In this document: piece by piece, positions 12,244-23,769 of the stretch
How positions within the stretch are numbered: the stretch's first letter is position 1
Layout of the letters: each line of letters begins with the position of its first letter
NCBI GenBank assembly: GCA_977016875.1
Contig: CDRNST010000066.1
Coordinates: 1,116,001-1,180,000 of the forward strand
Direction: 5' to 3'
DNA: 64,000 bases
Source of the DNA: Pavona decussata
Lineage: Eukaryota
Notes under the pieces: generated by a model
Seen by the model: only the letters and a program-made list of their open reading frames with translations
Database searches by the model: none
Told to the model about the DNA's origin: nothing
Made by a program: the position numbers and the translations under genes

Positions 12244-13386
12244 ATGGTAAATACAACAGCGAACAACAGCGAGGTCATCCTCGGTAATCAACCAGCAGGG
12301 AGAAAGAAACCTCTTAACTCAGAGCCAGTTCCTGATTGGATAGAAGCACAAGCTGTGTTCAAATGGGGCTGGGAGGTGCACTGGATCTCATTCGTGGTGC
12401 TGTTTTTGGGACTTGCAGCCTACTCTACCTTATGTCTCATTGCGGCTTCCAGAAAGCGACGGTTGCGGGAAAAGGTGTCCCGCAATGTATCGTACGCTGT
12501 TCACTCATTGATTATAGTCCTCGGGATTACCCGCGCGCTGGCGCTGGTACTCTTCCCATACGAGATGACAACCCATATCAACAATGCAGACATAGTTATC
12601 CCGCTTTACGTTCATCGAATTGTTTTTGGTCTCGGCTTCCCTTGTTTCATGGCTGCGTTTGCTCTGATTCAAATTACGTTCACGGCGAGCGTAAAACCCA
12701 CGCCTTTGACATACTCCAAGCTACGCAAAGTCCGGTTCTTGGTGCTGGTAATCGTAGGACACTTTAGTGTCGTCATCATAGCGGACGTGGTGACAGCAGT
12801 GGTGGAGAATACCTCGGCTCTGTACATGGTGTGTACCGCATATCTGCTAGCCATGACCCTGTTCACAGCCATTCGGATCACAAGGACCGGTTGTAAAGTG
12901 GTTCGCGAAAACACGGAGCATAGGGCAGTAATTGGAAGATTGGACTCAAGTAACGTGCAAGCACCGTCTTGCATCCCACGCCGAATCAAGCGCTCGTCGT
13001 TCAGCTCCAAAGCCGTACGCAAAGTGTTCATTATTACCTCACTGACAATATTCTTCTGCATCGCGCTTTTCGCGTTGAAAATCTACGATCTAGTTGAAGT
13101 GATACAATTTACTTTTGTGTGGGAAAAAAATACGACACTGGCGCCTTGGCCTTGGTTCATTCATGAAACTTTATTTCGGTTAACGGAATTCGCGTTGGCT
13201 TGCACTGTACTGTACGCCGTTTCACCTTTAAAACCACTAGAAAAGAGCTTCTTCAGTTGTTGTCGCTGTTGTACAGGCAAAAATGAAGTAAGTGACCTCG
13301 CACCACCGCGGCCAAGAACGGGTACAAATGAAATGGTGCTCTCCACTCCCCCTCCTCTAAACCCTGCCGACAATACCCGTTTGTAA
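12244..13386 (+). CDS. Proline-rich transmembrane protein 3/4 (PRRT3/PRRT4)-like 7TM protein, 380 aa, intronless CDS
   Basis: Seven hydrophobic helices; PDW..A...W.W.WE.H motif before TM1, RALAL.L.PY in TM2, LGFPC in TM3 and PWPW...TLFRL.E in TM7 are characteristic of the PRRT3/4 membrane domain. N-terminal N-glycosylation sequons (NTT, NNS), a Cys cluster after TM7, and C-terminal -TRL. Confidence 0.78.
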   Translation: MVNTTANNSEVILGNQPAGRKKPLNSEPVPDWIEAQAVFKWGWEVHWISFVVLFLGLAAYSTLCLIAASRKRRLREKVSRNVSYAVHSLIIVLGITRALALVLFPYEMTTHINNADIVIPLYVHRIVFGLGFPCFMAAFALIQITFTASVKPTPLTYSKLRKVRFLVLVIVGHFSVVIIADVVTAVVENTSALYMVCTAYLLAMTLFTAIRITRTGCKVVRENTEHRAVIGRLDSSNVQAPSCIPRRIKRSSFSSKAVRKVFIITSLTIFFCIALFALKIYDLVEVIQFTFVWEKNTTLAPWPWFIHETLFRLTEFALACTVLYAVSPLKPLEKSFFSCCRCCTGKNEVSDLAPPRPRTGTNEMVLSTPPPLNPADNTRL

Positions 13387-13648
13387 AATATACGTACACT
13401 CAAGGCTTCAGTGTCACCATTACTGTGACGTCTTATAAAGGGGAGCGGTGAAGATCAGTAAAGATAAAACAATTATAATACGTTACTCTGGGCTAGTTTT
13501 CTAGAAAAGTAATTGACGAAACAGCAGATTGTCATTCCAACATCGGTATGGCAGGGAGCATGCCAATATATCAAGAAGGTACTTCTTGTCTCCGGAAATG
13601 ACTAAGAGAAGTACATGCAAATAACAATCAGCATAATTAAAAGATATA

Positions 13649-13881
13649 ATAGAGATATTAGAATTACGTTTACGAGAAACGGAGAAAAGACCACTTGATC
13701 ATGTTTATCTTACATTTGCCTCTCGCTGCTTTCAGTTTCTCAGTAAAATTGAGAAGTTTTGTGTTTGTGTCAAAAGCCATAATTATTTTACATTCATTTC
13801 TGTGCTCATTTTTTCAAGAAAACACAAACGTGAATCTCACGTTTGCCGTTTGCCGTAAACGCTATTCTAAATATCTCTATT
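13649..13881. mobile_element. MITE with ~27-bp TIRs
   Basis: ATAGAGATATTAGAATTACGTTTACG ... CGTAAACGCTATTCTAAATATCTCTAT, flanked by TA-rich sequence. Confidence 0.7.
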
Positions 13882-15491
13882 AATTTGTTATTTCTTGAAA
13901 CTTAAGCTAGCTTCTGCTCGATTCAGTTTTGAGTTCCGTCGAGGAAACTTTTCTTACACGTTTTAGTCTTGTAGTAAAAACCGCTTTTGATATTTACATG
14001 AACAATATTAATATCATCGTTATTTGTCAGCAATATCGCAATTGAGACTATCTTATTTATTTAGCATTCTTCACACATAATCTTGGGAGTTCGAATTGTT
14101 GGTACTTTTAGAAAAAAGTACATTTTTTATTGAGTGATGTACTAGTCAACCATCGGCGTTGGACTTGTGGTATGAGAACAACACCAGCTCCGATTTGCTG
14201 AAAGGCAAGAATTGCATTCAAATTAAACAATAAAATACTATGCCATTAAATTCCTGACACTAAATATTTCTTCAAGAGGCGCAAAAATAGTACAAGCAAA
14301 AGCATATTCTAATTAAGGTGGCTGAACACAGTTAGTAGAACCTACGTCTCATTTGATTTGACTTCCAAATCGAACATGCCAAAGTGTAACCTCAAACTAA
14401 GGGAATTGTTATTTTGTTAGTTCAGCTGAGCTTGATGTTGTATCCATGGTACATGACAATTTATGAACCAACATTAAAAATTGAGTATTGTTTATTTGCC
14501 GAAAATTCAGTGTCATTAAATCTCCTTCGTCATTTGTCTGTAACAAACTATACAATGGTCCAGTCATTAGAATTTCTCGAGAAAATGGCGCATTTCAGTT
14601 GAAAGTCACAAACACACTTTGTCACAGTCTTTTGGTCAACTGTGCGAGTGCGCATGTGCTGGTATCAACTCATTCTCGGCCCCAGACCCTTTGGCTTCAC
14701 TGCACAAGTCCTAAAGGAAAAAAACATATTCTCCCCGCCTTCAGTCATGCGCAAAACGGAAGAGCTCTGGGGTCAAGAATATGTATCAACTGAATTTTAA
14801 CAACATACATTAAAGCTGGATTTCTTTCGAAGTGAGACTGCAGACTGGCGAGTGATTTTAGTGAGAAAATAGTACTATTTATCCAAATGAAACGAAAAAA
14901 ATATTCCTTTATCGAACCCACAACCTCCAGATTTGATCGTCCGTTGCTCTATCGACTGAGCTACGAGTAGCACAGTCTTGTAACACCATCTTCTGTCCAG
15001 CTTTCTCTAACATATTCCTCTTTTGTTAACTCACGGCTTATGCTACAAAAAAAGCCAGTCCTAATTAAATATCTCAAGAGTGTTTAGTAAAATCAGAATT
15101 CCTTGGCTTGTATCGTTTTGCCCTCCTCATCGTATATGGGTGGAAGAGGTTTTGCAAATATTTCGGACGTAGATGGTCGTTGGTTTTATCAAGAGAATTC
15201 TATATCTTGTAAACGTCTGTCGTAAAAAAAATGGAGATGAGGCCTGCTGCAGTAGATTCATATAGAGTACGATCTGTTAGTGTAGAAAAACATTTTTATT
15301 ATCAGCTTGCATCACAGAATTTAAAATTACAATCAGATCGAGGCAAAAGCCAGGGGCTTATATGGTATGAAGCTGGTCAGAGGTACGAGAAATTACAAAT
15401 CAAGATCTGCTAATCAAAAAGGTCAACCGAATAATGCCTGAATATTGTTTTGAAATACTATACTGCCATTTAACTGGTTTTTGAGAAATCT

Positions 15492-15710
15492 AAGGCCGCT
15501 TTCCATTTGTCAAATCTGGCTGGCCAGACTCGTGGTCAGTTCGGAATGTATCGATTTGAGGGATAAGTTTAATCCAAGTCCTTCGAATTTCATCAAAAGA
15601 GCGCGTACCATTTTCGGAGTGATTATCTTTCAAGATTTTGCAGCACCATCTCTTCAAAATGTCTCATTCAATTTACAGACTGGGAGGTCTGGAAAACGGA
15701 AAGTGCTCTA
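15492..15710. mobile_element. MITE of the GCTTTCCATTTGTCA TIR family (Harbinger-type); relatives at 36630-38951 and 46584-46823
   Basis: AAGGCCGCTTTCCATTTGTCA ... CTGGAAAACGGAAAGTGCTCTAA; shares its terminal motif with the outer element at 36630. Confidence 0.5.
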
Positions 15711-16011
15711 AGCTTAACCTAACTCGCTTCAAGAGTCAACACAACTGAGCATTCCGGCCATAGTGAGGTTTGTGCGCATGCTTACCATTGTCTGCCAACT
15801 TCGATTCGACCCAACGACAATTCGATTCGACGACAACACGCTCGATTAATTGCGGGATGCTTACTGTCACCTTACTGATTTAATTCCATTAACGCCTAAT
15901 TACAACTAAAACACCCTTTTTTGAGCTAAATCACGAATTACCCAAACTCAAGTTTTCGTTTTGAAGAATTATTTTTTTTTTGGAACTGATAAACAAAAAT
16001 ATGGTCATTCA

Positions 16012-16829
16012 AGGGCCGTTTACACGACCGAAAAAATTGGAACGGCTCGGATAAAAAGACGAACGGCTCCGACAAAATTTGACGTGTAAACGGTACTTGA
16101 CCTGTTCCAGTCTTATCCGTTCCGTTCCTAAAAAGGTCCATAGGCGGCTACGGACCCCTTTCGGAACGGAACCGATAAAAAACGGTTCCGTACCCACATT
16201 TTTGTTTTCTTTACAACATGTAAACGCTCGCCCTTTTTTCGGTACCGTTCTGTTACATTTTTTCTGAGCCCGTAGTACTCCACGTCAGTTGTTTAGCATA
16301 CCATTGATCGTCAGAGTAAGTGCGGTAAGTGCTAAGATCAAACCAAGCGCTTGTTCTTGGAATTTGCCACAAGCTCCGTTCGACTGTGAAGTGCGATACA
16401 AGGGCTGTTAATAGGAGAACCGTAAGCCTTGTTTTTCTCCTAATTCGGTACATTTTTCTCAGAGGCATTTCTCTGAAGAATCACTCGCGCTGTCAAACGT
16501 GAATTTCGTGTTCTCTTCTTCAGAAGAAACCAGAAAAGTGCTTGTAAATCTATGATAGTCGGAGATACGCACAGTGTACTGTACGTGCAAGCGCATATGA
16601 ACAACTAATCGAAGCAGTTTTGTTTAATTATTGCGGGCTCTATCGTTACCGGTCTCGAAGAAAACAACGTGTAAACGGTCTAGTACCCGTTCCAAGGGGC
16701 TCTCAAGTACCGTGCCTTTTTCTGTTAGGTACATTACAGAATTTCTACGTGTAAACGGGAGATTTCGTCTGGTACCGGTACTTGTTTCTAACCGAGCCGT
16801 TCCTTCTCTTTTAACGTGTAAACGGGCCT
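16012..16829 (-). mobile_element. Internally deleted PIF/Harbinger DNA transposon with an N-terminal transposase remnant
   Basis: TIRs AGGGCCGTTTACACG / CGTGTAAACGGGCCT; TSD TCA (16009-16011 and 16830-16832); subterminal CGTGTAAAC and GGAACGG repeats. ORF 16468-16253 (ERSLWQIPRTSAWFD...YSDDQWY) resembles the N-terminus of Harbinger/HARBI1-ALP1-like nucleases. Confidence 0.82.
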
Positions 16830-17833
16830 TCAGTTTAAAAGTTTTCCTTCTGTTGTACTTAATTATCCGTATTTAATTTCCATACAAATTAATTTAATCA
16901 AAACAACAAATAAAGCTATTTGTTATAATCAGGAAAATTAAGTTGATTTCACCCTCAACAGTTTCAGGCTTCTAGTAAAAAGCATTTAATGCGAGTCTTG
17001 ATTTTTCCATTTAATTTTGTGCTTATTTTTTATGATAAGCCGGAGCCAAACCTTTAGGCAAATGACTCGCGAACAAATTGCTCTTCTATGCTGAACATGC
17101 CACAGATAATTGAAATTTTAATAAGAAGCACGTTCTCCAAGCATAGCTTTGTGCTAGTGCTTAGAAAGCAAAGGATATTCATCATTCATCGTTGCAATGC
17201 GTGGTTTTGCACAAAGACGGCAAAGGAAGGATGTGCAAGGAAGCGATACTGTGGGGTACGTATAAATATCGAAAGACATGACCTTCGCGCAATTCGCTGT
17301 GGTTAAGATAAATCGCTCGTTGATCAATAAATATGGATATTTGAGGACTTAAGAGATCAAGAGTTCCATTTCTGTAACCTATTTATTGGCCAATAGATTA
17401 TACAACAAGAGCCTTAGAGCCGCATACATCTACTAAACAAAAGATTCACTGGTGTGAGACGAACAACGCCTTGGCGCGCTGAGTTCTGCATTCCGCTTGA
17501 AGCGAAAACAAAGCCTGCAACCGCCGTCGATAATTCCGAGCGGGAGATATTGTTAAACCTAATTAACAAGTCAAATTTATGGGCTGTGATTTCGTGCAGA
17601 TATAATATATCAGTCTAATACGAGCGCGCTGTGTTTATTTGCTGACGATACGTCCTAACCTCTGTACGTGTCTGCTTGTGACAGTCTGATACTTTGGCCA
17701 GAGTTAGGTGCGAATTCTTATTGAAGGATTCGGAGCTTTTTAAGTCGCTTGCTAAGGAAATAAGGAGAGTGATAGAAACATTCCTTTGCAAGTTTACAAC
17801 TGAACTTTTCGCTTGAGTGAAACAACAAACAGC

Positions 17834-19075
17834 ATGTCTGAGAAAGAGAAGAAAAAATCTGTCTCAATCTTTTCGCTGTTTCATTGCTGCGTCAACGGCG
17901 GATCAAAGCCAAAAGTACAGAGGAAAAGTGGCGCGTACGGTGATACTAAGGATGCACCACCTGAAGAAGGCAAAGAAGCTTTAGAAAATGGTAATGCTGG
18001 CGACAAATCCGGCGACTTGGAATTAGAATACAAGCCCGCCCCAGCAGATCCTGTGGTCTCTCCGAGCGATGATTACAAACCGAACTACGAGGAAGCTAGC
18101 ACCGCGTCTGTCGCACCATCCAGCGTAGGAAGCGAGGAGGATTCCAGTTTTAATGCGCCTGGTAGCATACAAGTCGTACAAGAGAATGGCACAGCTTCGG
18201 GACACCCGCGGGAAATTGGGACTGGCGGGCGGCTCAATTTGCAGTTCGTCTACGATTCTGAAACCTCGAAGCTGACGCTAACTATCCTAGGCGTGGAATT
18301 CCCGCCTTTCCAAAACTGGAAGATGGATGATTTGGAGATTAGCTGCATGCTGTTGCCCATTCGACAACACAGTTTTCGCGCTCGCCCCAAGAAGTTTAAA
18401 GAACCATTCAGCATGATCCTTACGCCAAAGGACAGAATAAACCAGATGTCACTGCGATTCCGCTTGTACGACCACCGCGCCATGTCCAAGCACATGATTG
18501 GCCAAGGAGTGGTGAGTCTCAACGATATCAAGTTGGGTCCGCAAGCAGTCACCATCGCACTGGATCTCAACATTCCCGAAACCTACGCCATCGATTCCCG
18601 CTACATTGCGACCATCACGGGTGAGAGCGGGCAAACACCCGCAGAGGATAGCAAGCCCGAGCTATTGTTGTCTCTGGAGTACCGCTCTCTGACGCGAAAA
18701 CTCCTCGTTGAAGTTATCAAAACCCGCAATCTCGGCCTTCTAAACAACTCCAAGCCGCAGGATATTGCTGTTGAGATGAAGCTGATGGGCGAAAGCAACC
18801 AAATGCTGCGGGTCTGCCGCACCACGCTCAAGCGTCACGTTATCGACGCCGAATTCAACGAGATGTTCATGTTCCGCGTGACGTACGAGAAGCTGGCGAA
18901 TGTGAGCGTGATTTTCACGCTGTTTCGCATTGGCGACAGGCGAGGAAAGAGAGAGAACATCGGGGAGGTGTGCTTTGGTAAGCAATCCAGCAGCCATTTG
19001 CAACAGGACCACTGGAATGAAGTGGTAAAGGGAAACGAAAGGGTCGTCACAAAATGGCATCCTTTGTTTAAATAA
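17834..19075 (+). CDS. Synaptotagmin-14/16-like tandem C2 protein, paralogue A (413 aa, intronless, no TM helix, N-terminal CC)
   Basis: First ATG at 17834 within ORF 17813-19075. C2A (GRLNLQFVYD...MLLP...LRFRLY...MIGQ), C2B (PELLLSLEY...FNEMFMFRV...IGEVCFG), and a WNE...KWHPL C-terminal motif. LRFRLY and the lack of most Ca2+-binding Asp residues point to the SYT14/SYT16 group. Confidence 0.88.
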   Translation: MSEKEKKKSVSIFSLFHCCVNGGSKPKVQRKSGAYGDTKDAPPEEGKEALENGNAGDKSGDLELEYKPAPADPVVSPSDDYKPNYEEASTASVAPSSVGSEEDSSFNAPGSIQVVQENGTASGHPREIGTGGRLNLQFVYDSETSKLTLTILGVEFPPFQNWKMDDLEISCMLLPIRQHSFRARPKKFKEPFSMILTPKDRINQMSLRFRLYDHRAMSKHMIGQGVVSLNDIKLGPQAVTIALDLNIPETYAIDSRYIATITGESGQTPAEDSKPELLLSLEYRSLTRKLLVEVIKTRNLGLLNNSKPQDIAVEMKLMGESNQMLRVCRTTLKRHVIDAEFNEMFMFRVTYEKLANVSVIFTLFRIGDRRGKRENIGEVCFGKQSSSHLQQDHWNEVVKGNERVVTKWHPLFK

Positions 19076-19768
19076 GGTTAGTTCTGATGGCTTGTTTCTG
19101 TAAACAATGCATCGTGCATGATGTTAAGTATAATAAACTCCTGCCAAACTCCTGCCAAAAAAAAAGGTTTGTGCTTGAATGCAACAAAAACACTTGGGAA
19201 AAGTGTTGGCCGCTAAATTATGGTCGAAAGTAACTGATCTTAATTCTTGCCAAATGTTTGTTTTGTACATTTTTGTATTTGCAAGCTCGTCTTGGCGAGA
19301 AATGGAACTGGGCGAGTTGTTCTCGTCAACTTTTTAAACAACTTTGCAGTATACCGAAACTAGCAGTTTAAGTAAGAGAGTCCATCGAAACGTGTTTCGT
19401 ATACTTTTACACCCGAGCAAGAATAGAGCGTACACAAAATTGCCATTTAACCGGGACTGACGCAATAAATTGGCTGTTTAGGCAAGTTCGTCGTTGAAAA
19501 GTCAAATTTGACACAAATTTGTCTACTTAGTTTGCCATGTCTGTCTGTTGTGTTGTTGGTTTATCTTATCTTGTCATTCTTTGGAAGTTTTCTCAAGTTT
19601 GTAAGCACTTGGAACTGAATTTTCATGTTGTCTGAAATACTTTTGTTTCTTTATTCACCGTCTCGCTTTCAAGAAAGCTCAATTTTGAAATAATAAAAAA
19701 AACGTCCTAAATCTCATTTTTTGTCAAGTCAGTTACAAGCAAAGAGCACCATATTAAATATTTTTCAA

Positions 19769-20020
19769 TAGCTTTCATTTGAATGTTAACACTTTAGGTT
19801 CCTCTACACACAAGTTAAAACCACGTCGTATAGCATAATAAACAGTACAGCACGAAAATACTGCTCGTGTAGCTTTCATTTACATGTAAATGGTCACACT
19901 TAATTAATACGATTTCACCCACAGACTTAAAAGTTAGAAACACTTTCTGACTAATTTGTACAACATAATAAACAGAATCAAAGGAAAATACTGCTTAGTA
20001 GCGTTCTTTTTCTTGGTCAC
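19769..20020 (+). repeat. ~105-bp minisatellite, ~2.5 diverged units
   Basis: AGCTTTCATTTGAATG..ACACTTTAGG...CATAATAAACAG...AATACTGCT repeated; same unit as 44686-45240. Confidence 0.75.
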
Positions 20021-20427
20021 AGTTCAAACGTTTTCATAACTTTGTTCTAATGCTGATGCGTTGTAAACAAATTACTAGACTCTTGTTTTCCTAATTTGTT
20101 TATCTTTATTCAACGCTTTCAGTTTCTGGCAATTTTTTTGTTTGTGTAACTCAAATCAACAGAAAAACTTGTTGCCCGAAGCCGGTTGGTCGGATTTGTC
20201 TCGGTTTGCGCTCTGCAGAGCGGTAAAAATCTTTAAAAAAAAAAAAAATGGCGACAGGGTCAATAACTCCCGTACGCAGTATTTAATAATGACGGATCGC
20301 TCAGAGCGAACGAGGATCGGTGGGGCAAGAGCTTGAAAACATCTTTCTTATTCTTGCTGTTATTGTAAGCCCGTCAAATTAGAATTAGAATATACGAGAG
20401 AAATACAAATTGCTCCGCAAAAAACAG

Positions 20428-20747
20428 CTCTCATGTGAACCTTCAACAGCGAACGGGAAATTGATCCACTGTGACAGAGGAAGGATCTTGGCGTTCCTTT
20501 GGAACAGGAGGGAAATTGGTCTTCCTTGTCACACAGGAAAAATTATTGGACTTCCTCTGACGTAAGAAGGCCAATTGAACTTCCTGCGGCAAGGGAAGGA
20601 AATTGAAATTCACTCTTACAACAGGAAGGAAACTGGTTGCATCACGAAAGTTAGGCACGAAGATGACAGGGAACAGTCTATTGACGTGTTCTTGTGCTAG
20701 CAAAAGTGAGTGAAAACTCTCCTCGAGCTCCTGAGAGCACATGAGAG
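20428..20747. repeat. Degenerate ~29-nt-period array of AGGAAG-N9/10-CTTCCT dyads with variable 7-8 nt spacers
   Basis: Units start at 20449 (partial), 20478, 20506, 20535, 20564, 20593 and 20623; flanked by the inverted 10-mer CTCTCATGTG (20428-20437) / CACATGAGAG (20738-20747). Confidence 0.65.
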
Positions 20748-21211
20748 TCAATAAGAACCCGTGAACCATTTATTCTGCAAGGGTCACACAACACACCTCC
20801 GTGGTATGACCAGTAATTTGGGCATGACAATTAGCACTTAAACTCGAGGGTGAATTCAGTTTGCAATCTCGTAAACTCTCCATTTTTCCCAACTTAAACG
20901 ATGGGTGATGTGTTATGAAGACTGTACATGAAAATTATTTGCTTTTTCATCACAGATATTCTGTATTTTTCTTTTTCCAGTTTAATCCGCAAACGAGGAG
21001 ACAGAATCTCCAATCAACTAAAGCAGCACAGCAGGAGTTTGGATTGAACAGCGGTAGAATTATGGTCTTGCTTTTACAAAATTTTGCGTATGGTTCAACT
21101 CAACTATAAAGGCTATATCAGTGAACTTGAGTTGAATAATTCTTCAAACTGAAGGGATTTTTACAGTTTTTGATAGGGTATTTATTACAGTAGTTCTTTA
21201 TGTAGGACCTA

Positions 21212-21449
21212 GGCCCAGTTGTTCAAAGCCCGATTAAGCTACTCCAGTGTTAACATGAGCTTTGATTCAAGTTTAATGACTAATCAACAAAGATTTTTCC
21301 AAAAGATTTTTATCCTTTAATTTGACTTAGGCTTTCCTTTATAATTAGCTTAAAATTAGCTTTTGAAAACATTTTTAATGAGGGAGACGAAAACCTCGGT
21401 TAATGTTTGATCGAGGATTAGCGTTAATTATCTTTCGAACAACTGGGCC
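21212..21449. mobile_element. MITE, Harbinger-type (same TIR family as 4983-5222, different interior)
   Basis: GGCCCAGTTGTTCAAAG ... CTTTCGAACAACTGGGCC. Confidence 0.7.
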
Positions 21450-22227
21450 CCTGGAGTTTTCTGAAAGTTTGTCACTGATCTTCATTCAAGACTGGTCTTC
21501 GATTGCGAATCGTAGCACCAAGGAAATCACTCTTTCCACCAATCAAAACTGGAAGGCAAATGCATGTAACTAGCTGGCGATTGGCCAACCTCGTTACCAG
21601 GTTTCTTCGAAAAGAGGACCCTTAGAACAAGGTTGGTGACTTGCTTGGAGTTTTACCTAATTAGTTAATGTAAGCAAATTGTGGAAATTAGTCAAACTTA
21701 TCATAAAGCTTTCGGTTGCTAAACATAATCGCTAAGTAACCGAGGTCAACTGCCTTAGACACTCAATTGAATGCAATCATTCCCAGAGGATCTATCATGA
21801 AAAACATTTCTAAATGATAGTTGAAAATCAGTTCTTATAATATGAGTACTGCTATACCCACTGATACTGGCAACGGGCCAGTTAAACTTTTGCAACTTTA
21901 AAATTTTTGAAGAAAACCTGGCACAATACCGAAAGTGATTTCAGAAAAATCAAAGGTCAGTTTATTTTTATAATAGTAAAACAATTGATAAGGGTTTGAG
22001 ACTGATTACTTACAATATTTAACAATTTCACTTGGGGAATGTTTAATGAAAAAATGCGTTTTCAGCTGAATTTGAACAGCTGAATTATAATTAGAAATTT
22101 CTTTGCGAAATGATAGGGTAGAAAATGGAGTTGATTGATTAAGCTTCCTTGTGCACATCATTTACATTGTACATAACACCGCGGAAGAAATAGAACTAGC
22201 TTGTTATTGCCAACTTTTTTAAGTACG

Positions 22228-22263
<36 letters not shown>

Positions 22264-22273
22264 CGTTGTTGTT
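22228..22273. repeat. (TTG)n microsatellite
   Basis: Direct observation; others are (TTG)n at 25056-25090 and (AAT)n at 42010-42043. Confidence 0.95.
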
Positions 22274-22802
22274 AGCAAGCTCGTATTTGACTTGTAAACG
22301 TGAAATTTTCAAAATGGGTTGTTCACTTAGGTTAGGAAAGGAGTTGTCATCAGACGTAGTGATTTTTTTGTTTGTTTGGATTTTTGTGGTGTGAAAAAGC
22401 GCATTTGCTTTTTGTTTTAAATTTGCCAATACTCCGCCGCATGTGAATGCCCGTTGAGGTGATAGTCGATTTTGCTTCAGGTACGAAAATGTTTAGAGTC
22501 GGTGTTCTCGTCAATTTTCAAAATTAGCCACTACTTGAAAAGGGTTGTTAAAAAAATAGCAACAAGCCGTAAAATGATTAAAGTGAAATATATGAAATTC
22601 ATATATTTGGTCTTTCATTTATTAATTTGCTGTAAACCGTCGACCGACTACACATAATTGTCTACTTTTATTTCTAATATGTTTAGACGTTTTACCGATT
22701 TAGATACGTTTTCCAATAAAGTACTTTACTAACTGGTCAGAAAGAATCGTTTATCTGTGGAATCGTTTTACTGGGTGTATTTTTGTAGGGTATGTGCTAA
22801 AA

Positions 22803-23060
22803 AAAATAAACCACTTTATTTGAGTGTCAATGTATTTAGCGCAGAGCACTGATTGGGGACACTTTCCAGATCGAATTGGAATTTAGAAATGTTGGTATTG
22901 AGGAGAGGGGAAAACCAGAGTACGCAGAGAAAAACCTCTCGGAGCAAGGACGAGAACCAACAACAAACTCAACCCACATATGACGCCGAGTCCGGGAATC
23001 CAACCCCGACTACTTTGAAGGGAGGCGAGTGCTGTCACCACTGCACCATCCCTGCTCCCT
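22803..23060 (-). mobile_element. Full-length tRNA-derived SINE with a conserved V-domain-like core
   Basis: Minus strand: GGGAGCAGGGATGGTGCAGTGG (A box) ... GGTTGGATTCC (B box) ... TGTGGGTTGAGTTTGTTGTTGGTTCTC...GGTTTTTCTCTGCGTACTCTGGTTTTCCCC ... AATAAAGTGGTTTATTT tail. Confidence 0.78.
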
Positions 23061-23609
23061 TGTGTTTTCAACGAGATAGCGTATTCATTGAAAATGGAGC
23101 ACAATTGCAAGCCCAGAGAACTGTTTCCATTTCGTCTCATAAACTACCCACTTGAAAAAGATATAAACACGATACAAGCTGTTTGAATTCTTTGAGACAT
23201 TGAGACTACCTCCTTGCGGAGAACTTAACGCTCACGTGATCACGTGACACGCGCGCGATCTTTCAAATTTTTATAGCTCGCACGACTTGTTGACGCGTAC
23301 AAGGTTTTTATTTTTTGCAAGAGTTTGCAGTTTTCTTTTCACACTTTGTTGTTTACCATTTTCCCGTGTATTTATTGGGATTAAATTTGGAATTTGAGCC
23401 TACCATTCAAGGAGAATGTTTTCTTAACACAAGCCTACAACATTTACATTGCGCATGCCTTGAACTAATCAAGTGGCCAATCAGTTTTCAAAATTTGAGT
23501 TCCTCCCTATTGCGCATGCGTCTTATACGAGAATGGTTTTCGTCATGCCCATGATTGGGTTTTCAAAAGATCCCGCGTTCCTCCCCTTCTTCAGGGAGAC
23601 ACTGACGCT

Positions 23610-23769
23610 AATAGTGAACCTCATTATGAAAGCGAGGCTAAGTGCAGAGTTTTTATTATGAAAATTAGTTTTCATTCATAAGCAAACAAAACTAATTTTC
23701 AAATGAAAAGCTTTTGCACTTAGCCTCGCTTTCATAATGAGGTTCACAGCAACTCGGAAATGGCCTATT
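23610..23769. mobile_element. Foldback/palindromic MITE (left end truncated)
   Basis: GTGAACCTCATTATGAAAGCGAGGCTAAGTGCA...TGAAAATTAGTTTT and its near-perfect inverse AAAACTAATTTTCA...TGCACTTAGCCTCGCTTTCATAATGAGGTTCAC (23615-23747). Confidence 0.75.

Noticed and set aside
20449-20645. CRISPR array interpretation of the dyad/spacer array
   Set aside because: Spacers are only 7-8 nt, repeats are degenerate, there are no cas genes, and the context is eukaryotic with spliceosomal introns.
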